Assembly (NCBI GenBank): GCA_900088475.1
Contig: FLMG01001949.1
Location: forward strand, 1 to 64,000
Length of the DNA: 64,000 nucleotides
Source of the DNA: Hyphochytrium catenoides
Taxonomy: Eukaryota; Protista; Hyphochytriomycota
Reading direction: 5' to 3'
This document shows positions 39,101-51,437 of this stretch, piece by piece. A program made the translations under genes and the position numbers. Numbering within the stretch: position 1 is the stretch's first letter; each line of letters opens with the position of its first letter. A model generated the notes under the pieces. It worked only from the letters and a program-made list of their open reading frames with translations, made no database searches and was not told the DNA's origin.

Positions 39101-42100
39101 CACTCCAGTGCTCGTCTCTTTTGTACCTCTCTTACCAATCGCTCGATGATCGTCTCATGTCATCCAATTACGGAGTCGTACTTAGTGCTAATTCTTCCTG
39201 TTCATTACTTTCAGGTGCCGGTGCATCTTCACCGCGGGACCTCAAGTCTCCTACGGAAGTGACTACGCTCTTTGTTACTCCGGACAACCAGGTTGTCATG
39301 CAGGACTCCTTTGAAGAGGGTGACAGCACTGATTGCTTGCTAGGTACTGTAACATCACTATAAGTTCGCCCAAGAAAGGAGTCAAGGCTCAAGTCTTAGG
39401 GTATTCTACTTTTGTCCCGCAACTCACTCTCTATCCATCCCTGGCTTGCTCTTATTCTCCCAGGCATCAGAATCCCGTACATATGCTTTGTAGCCAAGCA
39501 GAGAAATTCTGACGACAGGAAGAATACGGCTCCCTTGCTGAAGCTTCGAGTGATGAGAGACTTTGTCGGGATGAAAGACATTGATGAAAAGATGAAGCTG
39601 GCCTTGATGGACTTCAGCTATTATCTCACAATAGGAAACATGGACGAGGCATATCGCAGTGTACGCCTTATTCAGAGCGCTTCCGTGTGGGAGAATATGG
39701 CGCATATGTGTGTGAAGACCAAAAGGCTAGATGTAGCCCTAGTCTGTCTGGCTAACATGGGCCATGCAAGAGGCGCAGCAGCTGTGAGAGAGGCGATGAA
39801 AGAGCCAGAAGCTGAAGGTGAGGTTACGGTGTTCCATGCCTTGGACTACTTCAGGATAAGCTCACCTTCTGCAAGATCATGCGTTTAGTTCTCTTGACTC
39901 CAGTCAATAATTCTTGATCGCCCCGTTTATTTTACCACTCCTCCTTGTCAATATCTTTCCTTGCCTTCTTTGGGATCCTATTCTTCATAAGAGGACCACT
40001 GCTCTATTTGATCCGGCTCAATAACCATCGACTCCTCTTATTTTCCCTATTCCGCACGACCACCAGTTCCTATAGCAATGGTAGCGATCCAGTTGGGGCT
40101 GGTAGAAGAGGCTGCTAAGCTGTATAAGGATTGCGGTCGGCATGACCTGCTGAACCGCTTATACCAGGCCTCTGGGCGCTGGGAGAAGGCGATGAATGTG
40201 GCGGCAGAGAAGGATAGAGTGCACCTCAAGAACACGCACTTTAGAGTAGGAACCTGCCCTCATCTTGACGTATTGTGTTCAATCCTTTAATCTTCTACGA
40301 TCCGCTTACTTCTTTCTCAATTGCTCCGTTGAGCACAGACCGTTTCTTGTTCAGTACTTCTTCAGCTAGCTATACATCGTCTGTTCGTCTCGAATTCTTT
40401 GCGCCTGTGGAGATCCCCTTTACCCGGTCTGAAGCTTGACGCATCTCTTCTACCGCCATCTCTAATGATCCCATTACGTTACTTCGTATACATCAGTATG
40501 CCAGGCATCTTGAATCTCTGTCGGAGGTCATAGCCGCTACGAAGCACTACGAGAAGTCAGAGACACACGTAAAGCAAGTCACTCGCATGCTCAACCAAAA
40601 GGGAAGAATCGGAGATCTTGAGAGCTATATCTCACAATGCAGAGATCCTGGGCTTATTCGGTGGTGGGGGCAGTACCTGGAAAGTAAGGGCAAAATGGAT
40701 AAAGCAACAAAAGGTGAGTGAAGCGAAAAGATAAGGACTGGTCTATCCTCCTTTTCCTTGATCTGCACGTTAGAGGGGGAGCTTTCACTCAGAGCTGCGA
40801 TGTAACTCTCTTTCCTCTCAGCGGCCTTAACGTGATGCACCTTGTTGATGCATCCATGGAACAGATTATCGCCTGTACTTTTCTGAAGCCATTCGATTAC
40901 GTTGTGGGCTGTCTCTTATCTACTCCTGTCTCTCGTTGTCACAGCATATAAGGACGCTCAGGACTATCTCTCTATCTTGCGCATGCAATGCGCCCAAAAG
41001 GATTTCGAGGGTGCCATGGAGACTGTTAGGGCTAACCCAAGCCCCGCCTCTGCCTTCCATTTGGCCAAGCAGCTAGAACTGAATGAGCACATCTCAGACG
41101 CCATTCACTATTATACTATGGCTGGCAGGTATAGATCAACGCCTCTGCTACTTTCTAATTATCGTATATCAGGCCTCATAGCCACTTAGGGCCTTCAAGC
41201 TGATGGCCTGTCCTATAGTGCATCTAGCTTCTTCATCTCAACACTTCGTTCCGGGTACACTGCAGGTATAATCATGCCTTCAGATTAGCCAAGCAGAACA
41301 ATATGGATGGAGAGTTGATGTCGTTCGCGTTGATGAGCACGCCAGCCCTCATGCTAGAAGCTGCAGAGTATTTTGAAGAAAAGGAAGATCTCAAGAAAGC
41401 CGTGCAACTCTTTCATAAGGGAGGGAACATCCCGAAAGCCCTGGAGCTATGCTTCAAAGGTCAGAGGCTCTTATGACGCCCACTTCTATCCGGTTACCAC
41501 GCCTTCCTGGGTCAGGCTGTCCGCCTGGCACTGTATTCTATTATTGTCCCTGCTTACCCATTATTTGCAGCTCCTTGGTCACTCTCTGCGACCTATTGTT
41601 CACCCTTCCTCAAGGAGTTCTTCGACTTTACTGCGGAATTCGAGGGTCTTCACCGACCTCATAGCTCTAGGATCGTTTTCAAGGTCATAACCCACCTCTG
41701 CGATAGGCCGCATGTTTGACCTTGCGCAGGTTGTCTCCGAGGATCTTAAGGAGGGCGCAGACGCCAATCTCTTAGCTCGCTGTGGCGAGTTCTTTATGGA
41801 TCATGGCCAGTACGATCGCGCTCTACAACTCTTCCTCATTGCCAAGCGTTACAACGATGCTCTGGAGTTGGCCATGGCACATAAAATCAAGATTGATGAA
41901 AAGACAGCGGAGAAGTTTGTCCCCGAGGGGGGTCCGGGAGAAGAGACGTATACACAGAAAGTACGGCAGGGGGTGCTAATGAAGCTCGCAAAGCTCTGCA
42001 AGAGTCAAGGAAACTTCCATTTGGCAGCCAAGAAGTACACGCAGGCGGGAGCCAAGCTGAAGGCCATGAAGTGCCTGCTGAAGTCTGGGGACACAGAAAA

Positions 42101-43027
42101 GGTTAGTCTATCTTGCGTTGAATACCGAAAGTGCTCCTTCTGTGCAACCGATCAGATTCTTCTCATTTCTGGCCAGACATCGAGGCGGTTATGCTCTGTG
42201 CGTTGTTGAACCAATCTATGCAAGACCCTGACTTCGCTGCTCTTCTCACCCATCTCGCAAGTATATGAATGTTTCGAATAACTCCACACTTCTCTTGCCC
42301 ATGACAGATTATCTTCTTCGCCAACGTCTCTAGGACACGGGAAATCTACATCCTCGCAGCAAATTATCTGCAGAACCTTGACTGGCCTAATGATCCAAAG
42401 ATTATGCAAAATATCATCAGCTTCTATACCAAGGCCAAGGCTTACGAGCAGCTCTCAGGATTTTATGACGCCTGTGCCCTCGTAGAAATGGACGAGTTCC
42501 ATAACTATGAAAAAGCGCTTAGCGCTCTCAAGGAGGCAGCCAAACACCTTCATAAGGTGGAGAAGGAGAAGAAGGATGATCTCCTTGCAGCTATGAATCA
42601 GCGGATTGAGACCATCCAGCAGTTTATCAAAGCGAAGGACCTCATCAAGGATAAAGATAAACCCACTGAGGAAGCACTGCTCAAGTTGCTCGAGGAGCCG
42701 AAGATAGAAACAGCCATCCGACCTGGAGACGCTTATGCTCTGCTTGTGAACTTCTACTACCGGAAAGGAGACTATAAAGGTGCCCATCGGATGGTTGAGG
42801 AGATGCAGCAGAAACGTATCATCTTAAATCCGTATCTGGACCACGCGGTACTGAGTGATATCTACAAAAAGCTAGGTATCCCAGTGGACGACATCAGCCC
42901 TCGTAGGGGCAGGATTAGCTCCCAGCCAACTCAAGCTGAGCAAAAGAACCAAGAGGACGGGAAGGATGCCGAGAGTGATGAGGGAGGCTTTGTGGAAGAG
43001 GCGGTGGAGGATGAGGTAGTCGAGTAG
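36105..43027 (+). CDS. IFT140: Intraflagellar transport protein 140 (IFT-A; WD40 plus TPR)
   Basis: N-terminal WD40 repeats; signature MRDFVGM...ALMDFSYYLTIGNMDEAYRSVRLIQSASVWENMAHMCVKTKRLDVALVCL; GNFHLAAKKYTQAGAKLKAMKCLLKSGDTEK; IYILAANYLQNLDW; IISFYTKAKA. Confidence 0.96.
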
Positions 43028-43769
43028 GGAAAGAACTGTATACCTAATATTAATGTGATGAGAGTCCCTCTAGTACTGCTCCCAAGCTAGCTCGCCGCCA
43101 TGGACAAAGCTGACATTGACCTGCGCGGCCCTACCTCTCCTTGCTCACCTCGCCTCTCTAGATGTGCACGGACCAGGAGATCCTGCTCAGCACTCTGGCA
43201 TTCGCAACGGTACTTCCTGTACATCATGCAACTAATGCTCCTTATCACTTCACGGCCCCAATCACTGCGTCCTCGAGGCCATTGCGTGCAGGTGGAGAGC
43301 AGTGAGACAACCGCGAGGTGAAGGTTTGGCCGCACCGCCCGCCCTTCAGAGCTCCAAGGCATCTTCTTGCCTTGTCAGTGATGGAAACATTTCCGCTTCC
43401 TAAGCCAGGATGAAACTTACCTGGCGCTGTATTCCGGAGAATGGATCAATCAGCTTATGTTTATTACATATTAGGATCAGGGGAGATGTTCATATTCCCG
43501 ATACAAGAGAAATAGCGAAATAGCAGAGGAATCCAACCTGTCTGGCTTGAAAGAAACAATTATAGTTTCATCAGAATGCTCTGAAAAAGAGTGGTGGCAG
43601 TCTCGCTTGCGGAGCTCGCTCCAATGGCATAACGGACACACGGAGGCATGACGATGATTGCAGAAGACGCTCGCCTGGCGTCCTTGCAGCCTAGATCTGT
43701 CTACAGATAACATAGCCTGATACACCTCTTTGAAGCCAGAGAGTGCTAGTGAACTGGTCTAGTCTAAGG

Positions 43770-45401
43770 ATGGCCAACTACCAGTTCTCTGAGGTGCATG
43801 GGTCCAAGGATGGCTTGTCAGCAGAAAAACAGAAAGGTATCTACTCGCTAAAGGAGTTACGAGCAAGTACTGAGACGATTCTTAAGCTTGGCAAAGGTTA
43901 GTTCACGCATCACTGCGATCGCTTTTTACTCTTCGCTTCTGCTATTCACGTCTAAGATCGAACTTGTTTGATTCTAGCCGGTGACTACAAAGGTCTCGAG
44001 CGCTATATCAAGGAACTGCGAAAGAAAGGGTCATATGATGACGATGCAGAAGTGGTCAAAGGGTTCCGAGACAGCAATCAAAGAACTTTCATACACTTCG
44101 CGGCTGCTGAAGGCAAGACAGCAGCTGTTCGATATGTGTTAGAAAAGGTAGCACCTGATGCTGTTAGCTGGGCTGACGCTGAAGGAGCTATACCTCTCCA
44201 TTATGCAGTCAGTGGTGAGCATCTGGATGCTGTTCAGCTCTTACTTGAGAAGGGATCAGACATTTGCCGGCCGAAAACCTCAGGAACTACACCTCTTCAG
44301 ATAGCTGCACAGACGGGCAATGCCGAACTCGTCAGGTTTCTTTTGGATAGGGGTGCGGACATCAATGCTCTAAGTGATATCGGGACAGCCCTTCACTGGG
44401 CAGTAAGAGAAGGCGCCAAAGACGTGTTGTCGCTTCTTTTAGAAAGAGGGGCAGATGCTAACAAGTCAAATCCCAGCGGTGCTACCCCTTTGGCCCTTGC
44501 TGTGGTCCTTGGTAACAGTGAGCTTGTGGGACTCCTTGTTCGGAACGGTGCAGACGTCACAATGACCGCTCCAGGTGGGCTTAATGCTTTGCACATTGCA
44601 GCTGAACTTGGTCATTTGGATGTAATTCAAGAGCTGTTGACGGCTGAAGATGACAGAGTGGATGCTGCTCTGCGAGCTACGTCGGACGGTGGCTTGGTCC
44701 CATTACAGCTGGCGGCCGTAGAGGACAACAGGGAAATCGTTGAACTCCTTATGAAGAGGTCTCCCTTCTTACATCATCACCACACTCAGACACCAGAAGA
44801 TATCGTGATGAGAGAGAAAGAGCTTCAAAAAATGAAGCAGCAAGGTACACAATTTGACGACATCCATGGCACCGAAGTGTTGGACAGCCGACTAACCCCC
44901 TCGCAACCCTGCTATTTGCCATGCACAGAACAAAAGGTAGAACAGGAACCCAGTGAGAATGACGAGTTGGAATCTCTCCGGAAACCACCGTCGGACCCAG
45001 AAGTAATTGAGAGGGCTGAGAAGATAAAGGCAAAGGGAAACTTAGCCTTTGTCAAAAAGAACTTTGAAGAAGCATTGCAAGACTACTCAGAAGCCATTGA
45101 ACTCAATCCAGCGGATCCAGTATTCTACTGCAATCGGAGTGCCTGCTACTTGGAGCTGAAACAACCCGAGGAAGCCCTTAAGGACATTACCCTGTGCAAG
45201 AAATTGAAGCCGGAGTGGTCCAAAGCTAGCTATAGAGAAGGAAAAGCTCTTGAAGCACTGCAGAGGTATGAAGATGCAGCCTATGCTTATTGGGATGGAC
45301 TTCGTCTAGATTCAAAAAACAAAACGCTAAGTGTGGCTTTCCAGCGAGCCATCAGCCTTGCTAGAGAGCAGGTGCAAGCAGAAACGAATGTCAAAAGTTA
45401 G
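43770..45401 (+). CDS. Ankyrin-repeat protein with a C-terminal STI1-like TPR domain
   Basis: About 7 ankyrin repeats (GTTPLQIAA, GTALHWAV, GLNALHIAA) followed by TPRs (KAKGNLAFVKKNFEEALQDYSEAIELNP...YCNRSACY). Exon 1 (ATG 43770 to donor at 43897/43898) is inferred; likely 84-bp intron at 44845-44928. Confidence 0.88.
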
Positions 45402-46301
45402 ATCAACAAATAATGCGGAAACATCATGAATGCTAGTAGCTGCCGCGAAAGCACCAAACGACTGATAAGCACTGACAAGCCTGTCTTGCCTTCATAGAGT
45501 CAGCTATCTCCCTATGTAGGCTTCTTATGGTCTCTGGTCTCTCCCTCTTGAGGTTGCTCCTTTCTGAGGTTGATTGTGATCTGGCAGCCTCTGGCTTGCC
45601 GTCCTACAACTCTCCTTTCCATCTCAGTCTTTACTAGTTGCTCCAGCCGCTAAGGCGGAAGCTCTATCGGTCGTGGTGGGCTCATCATGTTACATCGCCC
45701 TTCGCAGCTTGTCCTTTGCTTCTGGTTTGTCAAGGATTCTGATCCTCCATACAACTACAACGCACCACTAAGAAGGTATGAATTGTATTCAGAACAAACC
45801 CCATTGTGTTCCTTAAGCCTTGGGGAAGCGGAAGGGCGTTAGCGGCTAAATTTATAACGCCCAACCTGTTGCTTTTGGGCTCTGGTTATTTGGATAGAGA
45901 GGATGGAGCCAGAGGAGTCAGAGAGCACCATCTCTCTGTGGACCGGAGCAAGTGCACCGACACGAGCTAGAGTCCATAAGGCTCCATCAGCTAAGCTGTT
46001 CGCCTCTCCTTAAAATGCTCCGAGGCATCCTTATCCCGTACCTTATTAGGCTAACTGATTAATGGGTTGACGAGTTCCTTGACGTGCATCATGTCTTTTG
46101 GTCGGCTGCCTCTTTGAGATACCAGTATCAGTCATGGGTACCATTAGGCCCCTAGGGGTTGTAAGCTGAGCCTCAGCTAATATCCCAAGCTCGATGAAGT
46201 CTCCTAGGCGAACATCACCATGGCGACTCGGCGAGTGACTTCTTTTTTTGGGTGTCTCCAGTCCTAGACAGTATCCTCTTGGCACAGCGTGCTAGACAAG
46301 A

Positions 46302-48896
46302 ATGGAAGGAAAGTCATCACACACCGTCGAGGTGTACTCACCAGCCTACTGGAAGCAATGGAAGGCTAGAAGCACCATCTATCCTCCGCAAGCTCCTCAA
46401 CTGTTTAAGGAGGTTTCACATCCGGAGTGCGCTCCGGTTTCAGCTGCCACTGGCGCTGCTTCCGAGATCGTTCCTGCTACTTCCGTAAGTTTATCCGAAG
46501 CCTCCAATTCCAGCAACAACTCTACGACCCCACACCAAGATGGCGCTAGTGCTAATCAATGGGAGGGTGCTGCAAAGCAGGATGTTAGAGAGCTTCAGGA
46601 TTTGGATGAGCAAAAGTCCTTGTCCTACAGCAACCTTACCGACATTAGCGATCTCGTAGACGAAGAGGATCTGAATAACAGGTCAGTTCGGCCACTTCTG
46701 CTCCTGGTAGACGGTAGGAGGGGGCTCGTGAGACGCCTAAAGTGAAGATAACCATGTATCTGTCTCTTTAATTCGGCCTACCATCTTTAGGACTCAGCTG
46801 AAAGGAACCAAACAGGAAGCCCGCGTGGAGCTTTCAGACTTCAATTCCAGGGTCAAGTCGTCTACCAAGACAGACTTCAGCCGAGGCTCCTACCGCTTTC
46901 CCCTCCCGAGCCAGAAGATCCCTCATTGGGACAGCACTATGTACTATGATTTTGCCACAGCTAGTAACGAAGGGGTGAAAGCTCGGTCATCTCCAGCAAT
47001 CAGCAGGTTTAAGAACAAGCCTCCCCAGGTCCATGATAAGGGTACGACAGTAACTGGCGCCTGGACCAGTGCCACGGAGGAAACCGACCCGGGTTAACTG
47101 AATCACTCTGCCTACTCTATCAGGGTTTAGCTTCACCGGTGGACGAAGGTCGAACCAGGCAGTGCCACTGGGACCAGGGCCTGGTGACTATTCGCCTACA
47201 TTAGCGGCAGCTTCTGATCGGGTCTCTCCAGTCAAGATGCTGTTCCCGAAGGCAGTAAGGACGAGTACCACTCCTCAACAAAACACTCCCGGGCCTATTT
47301 ATCATCCCAAAATAGATGCCATCCGGCCCAGCGAAGGTGGTCATTGTGCCTCTCAATCATGTCCTCAGGGACAGAGATTCACCTTTCCTTCTTCAAGGGT
47401 CTTGTTCTCCATAGAGCTCCAGCCAAGTCCTAATTCCTCTGCTAAGCTCAACCTTGTCCTTTCTCATTGAAATTTCACTTCTCAGGAAAAAGTAAATTTG
47501 GCACTGCTGAGCGAACTTGCAAGCTGACAACTTCAAGCGAGTCTCCCGGCCCAATCTATGCCACATCATCATCTATTCTTCAGCCGGAGAAGGGTAGATC
47601 ATTCGCTAGTGCCAGCGACAGATCCAAGGGTCCACCAATATTAAACCTCCCACCCCCTCGGCTGCATGCTCCATCTGGGTTTGGCTTCGGTTGCAACCTA
47701 GACGAGCACATAAAGTACGGACAGGTATCTGGAAAGGTTGACATAAGTCTTTCTTCTCTTCCTTCTTCTTAAAAGCCCTGCTCTTGGATAAGTGTTTAGA
47801 TGGCAAGTGTTCTCAACGAGGAGACTGGGAGAACGCAGTCACGCTAGAGGTAAGAGGCTATCCCAAGCTCCAGGGGCCGCGGTTGATATCTTGCCGCAAA
47901 ACGTGAGATTGCTACAGATAGAGGACGTCGATCTTTGACACCGCGATGTTACATTAGAATGCAATTCAATGACTCCTGAGGAGCCCTAACTTGTGGCTTT
48001 GAGGTAGGTTAGTCGCTTTAGTAAGAAGGCTCGCATGCGAGGAGAGAGAACTGGCGATAACAAGATGAAGAGCTGCCGCAACGGAGATGCGCTACTGTTG
48101 GCCTGTACTCAGCGGGATAAGGAAGCTGTGACGTTTCTTCTTTCGACAAATATTGATCTGAATGCCACGGATTATGAGGTCTGCCAATTGCCTGTCCATT
48201 CCTGCGGTACTATCCTAACTCGAGGAATCTGTAGGGGAGCCGGTGTCTTCACATTGCTGCGTTGAGAGGGGACCTGACAATAGTGAGCCTATTAGTGGAG
48301 GCGCCAGGTTGGCTAGAAAAGCTCAGAGTAAAGCGAGCAAGAACTGATATCAATGCCCAAGACGGGAAAGGTATGTCGCTTGGGACAACTTTCTGATCAA
48401 CGTAAGCTGTCGCTTATAAGGGGTTAACATGAACGCAGGTCGAACCGCCCTCATCATTGCCTCACAGAATGGTCATTATAACATTGTGGAGTACCTGGTC
48501 CAACACGGTAAGGATCAGAAGGAGAAGGGGAGGAAACCGTAGGAAAAGGAATTCACTCTTAGCCTTGAGAGACCTTATGATACTCCATAGGATATCGCTC
48601 ACGGCGTTTAGGATGCTCGCCACTAACTCTTCCTGCTCCTACGTTCTGACTGGAGCAGGTGCTGATCTTGAGCTTGAAGATAATGAGGGACACACAGCTC
48701 TCTCTGCATGTGGGAGCAATCAGAAGGTCTATCAGCTTCTTAGGCTGCACAAGGACATCAAGGAGACGGAGAAGCAGGTAAGAAGCTAGGCAGTCGAATA
48801 CCTGGTGTTGAACCCTGAATGATCGTCAGCTAAAAAAACTCCTTGTCCATTCTCTAGCTCAAGCAGATTGAGGCAGCCAACCCCAATATAAGATAG
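46302..48896 (+). CDS. SHIPPO/STPG (PG-rich) repeat protein with C-terminal ankyrin repeats
   Basis: PGPGDYSP, TPGPIYHP and SPGPIY motifs preceded by FSF/SKFG-type segments. Later exons give ankyrin repeats (LLLACTQRD, CLHIAALRGD, GRTALIIASQNGHYNIVEYLVQHGADLELED). Stop TAG 48894-48896. Start codon uncertain. Confidence 0.7.
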
Positions 48897-48967
48897 GGAG
48901 TATATAACTTTGCCTCAACGCCACTATTTATTATCTTACTGTCAATGGAAATACGCTTTGAAGCTAT

Positions 48968-50778
48968 TCACAACTCTTCTTTTGCCGGCGAAGTATTGCT
49001 GGTTGCTGGGTTTTGATTGAACCGGCCGTCTTCACTGTCATTCGCAGAAGCATCCTCATCACGACGTCTGGTGCTGTCAACATTATCGTTGGCAGGCTGG
49101 TGCTTTCTCTTGGCTTCCACCTGACCACTAAGTGGCTGCTTATACACCTTCTCCATGCGAGCATTTTCAGACGATGTCTGATGCTCCTTTTCAGGTTCAT
49201 CGACGCTATGTGAAAGTGGTTCTTTGTTAACCTTCAGACTCCCTGCATCTGGTACACTATAGGTCAAACTCCTATCCTGAGTTGCGTCTTCTGGTGGCGT
49301 TTTCGCCTCTGTTGTCACCTTTTCTCCCTCCAGAAGTGGCTGTTGTAGGTTCGCAGTCCTGCTGTCTGGAGCTGGCTCTGATATTCGCTGCATTCTCCTG
49401 CTTTCAGTCTGGGTTGCCACATCTTTCTTGGACAGGGGTGAAGGTGGCTCAGGAGAAGGGATACTTACTTCCATCGGAGGAGGAGAGATGTCCTGATCAA
49501 GGGCTGTTTGAGCTAATGAAGAGGCCGGGATGATAGGAGGGAAAGACGAGGTATTGGAAGACGAGATGACTGAAGAGACTGTTCCCCCGATAGCTCCTAG
49601 CGCTGATTGAATGAGGCTAGTTGGGATGAAGAAGGTTAAGACTTTCCAGAAGAACTTGAGCCTCTTGTAAAGAATGTACGCCACCACTGAGAGAAAGAAC
49701 GCCAAGGCGAGCCCCACCAAAATTTTCTCCCTTTTGGCGCGTCGCTGTAGATTGCGGAAGAAGGGTAGCGGCGATAGAGTTAGGAGATAGATATGACACT
49801 AGGCATGGTGAAGCCTGGCAGATTGGAGAATAAACTCACATGAAAGGTAGTGAGGAGGTTCTTGGCTTGTTGAACGGCTCCAGAAAACCCCTGGTATTGC
49901 TGCACCGTTCCTTCAAGCGTCTTCGAGCCCTCATCTAAGGGATTGCGCGGGTGAGCGCCAGGAAGCTTTAGGATTCTTTGCAATAGCAGAGGTACTGACC
50001 AAGAACAAGGGAGACGTTGGCCACACGCTCCAGCTCTTGCGTCATCATCTGCCGGGTTCGTCTGAGGCCAGCTGTGACATCTTTTGCAATACTTATCTGC
50101 TCTTGCCTTCCCCTATTTATGATAACAACGCTCTGAGTGGACTTTCTAAATGCCAAGAAGAGGAAGGGCTTACATCATGCGGTTCCTTATGGCTGTGGCT
50201 TCACGTGCGCTATCCTTGCCATCAAATTTAGACTGCAGGAGTGCTTCCCTATCTCTTAGATATTGACGCTCTGAAGCGGCTCTGTGGTCAATTACGGCCT
50301 AAAATGTATCGGTCCTAAGCCCCAAGGGAACGCTGTAGCATAAGTTGTTTCCACATGCACATACTTACCTTATTAAGCAGTGTTGTCATCTTGTCTGCTT
50401 CGCCAGCCAACTGTCTGAGCTGATGTAAAAGTGTTTCTCTCCTGTCTCCTCTATCAACTGACTCAACAGCTTCTATTTCTGACCGCTAGCATTCGGGGTA
50501 AGGTTAGGTTACGTATTATCCCGGCTGCGAAGATGAAAGCAGACCTTAATGGCAAACTTCAGGTCTGATAGGTAAGCTCTGGCCTGTATAAGTAACTCTG
50601 AAAAGTCCTTTTTTATGTGGGGCGATTTCCTGGTGCCATCATCTGAAGCCTTGGTGCAAACTGCATCCACAATGAGCCTCGCTTGTCTCTCAGCAACCCG
50701 AACCGAGGAGATGATACTCTCTGCATCGTCGTCACTGGTATAGAGGTTACCGCCACTTCTTCCCTGTACAACCGCCAT
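48968..50778 (-). CDS. SEC20: Sec20/BNIP1-family ER SNARE with a long post-TM tail ending in KEEL
   Basis: AKDVTAGLRRTRQMMTQELER, L..T...Y..F...V..AK.LL and TM LVGLALAFFLSVVAYILYKRL follow the Sec20 pattern; helical N-terminal exons start at ATG 50778. Confidence 0.85.
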
Positions 50779-51394
50779 ATCTCTTTAAGACGGCTTACAC
50801 CGCCTATGAGCTACACATAAACTATCTGGCAATCACTAAGCACGGCAGCCGAGGGTCCAGTCATCTCCTCACCCTTTCTGAAAAGTGGCGATGATCTCTG
50901 AGCAAGCTTTTCTTTTCTTGATGAAGCACAGTGTCACCAACAAAGACACGGGCGATAAATAATCCACAAGCTTTCCCAAGAACTTCATCATCTGTCTGCA
51001 ACCCCCCAGGAGCACGCGTTCTCGGAGAGACCTCCCCCTGGAGATAGTGCTGGGTTGGCGGGAACGTGGCTTTGAAATAATGACAGGGAATCAAGAAACT
51101 ACTGTGTGAAAGGACCACAAAGGTGTTCTGATAGGGACAACAGTCGCGCCAGCACCACTTGGTGAATGATTGTGATGGCTTTTACCGTTATTATTACAGT
51201 GCAAAGAGTTTTGGACTCCTTGCCGCACTCTGTCAGAAGCTTTTCTTGCGCTACCTGACCAGCTCCGCTTGGCTTCGCAGTGAGAATAGGACAATCTATC
51301 AAACAGGGGACTTGGTGAGAGGTGGAAAGCCAAGAGGCGCTCCTTTCTCGCTAAAAAGCCACTTACTTCGAAATAAAATAATCGCCAACTGCTC

Positions 51395-51409
51395 GGCGGT
51401 TCCTTTGAA
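51395..51409 (+). promoter_or_regulatory. CDE/CHR-like cell-cycle element (GGCGG-N4-TTTGAA) upstream of TOP2
   Basis: Sequence GGCGG ttcc TTTGAA lies about 30 bp before the TOP2 ATG. Function untested. Confidence 0.4.
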
Positions 51410-51437
51410 CGGGGACTGTGATCTCGAATGATCCAAG

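Noticed and set aside
43416-43460. ACTTACCTGG followed by GATCAATCAG, resembling the 5' end and loop I of U1 snRNA
   Set aside because: No convincing stem I pairing, no ATTGCAC loop II and no Sm site downstream. The motif is simply the reverse complement of a splice-donor consensus.
46214-46227. X-box-like ATCACCATGGCGAC before the STPG gene, and a TGGCAAC half-site before IFT140 (about 36055-36061)
   Set aside because: The degenerate consensus is expected a few times per 64 kb, the IFT140 site is only a half match, and RFX factors are not established outside Amorphea.
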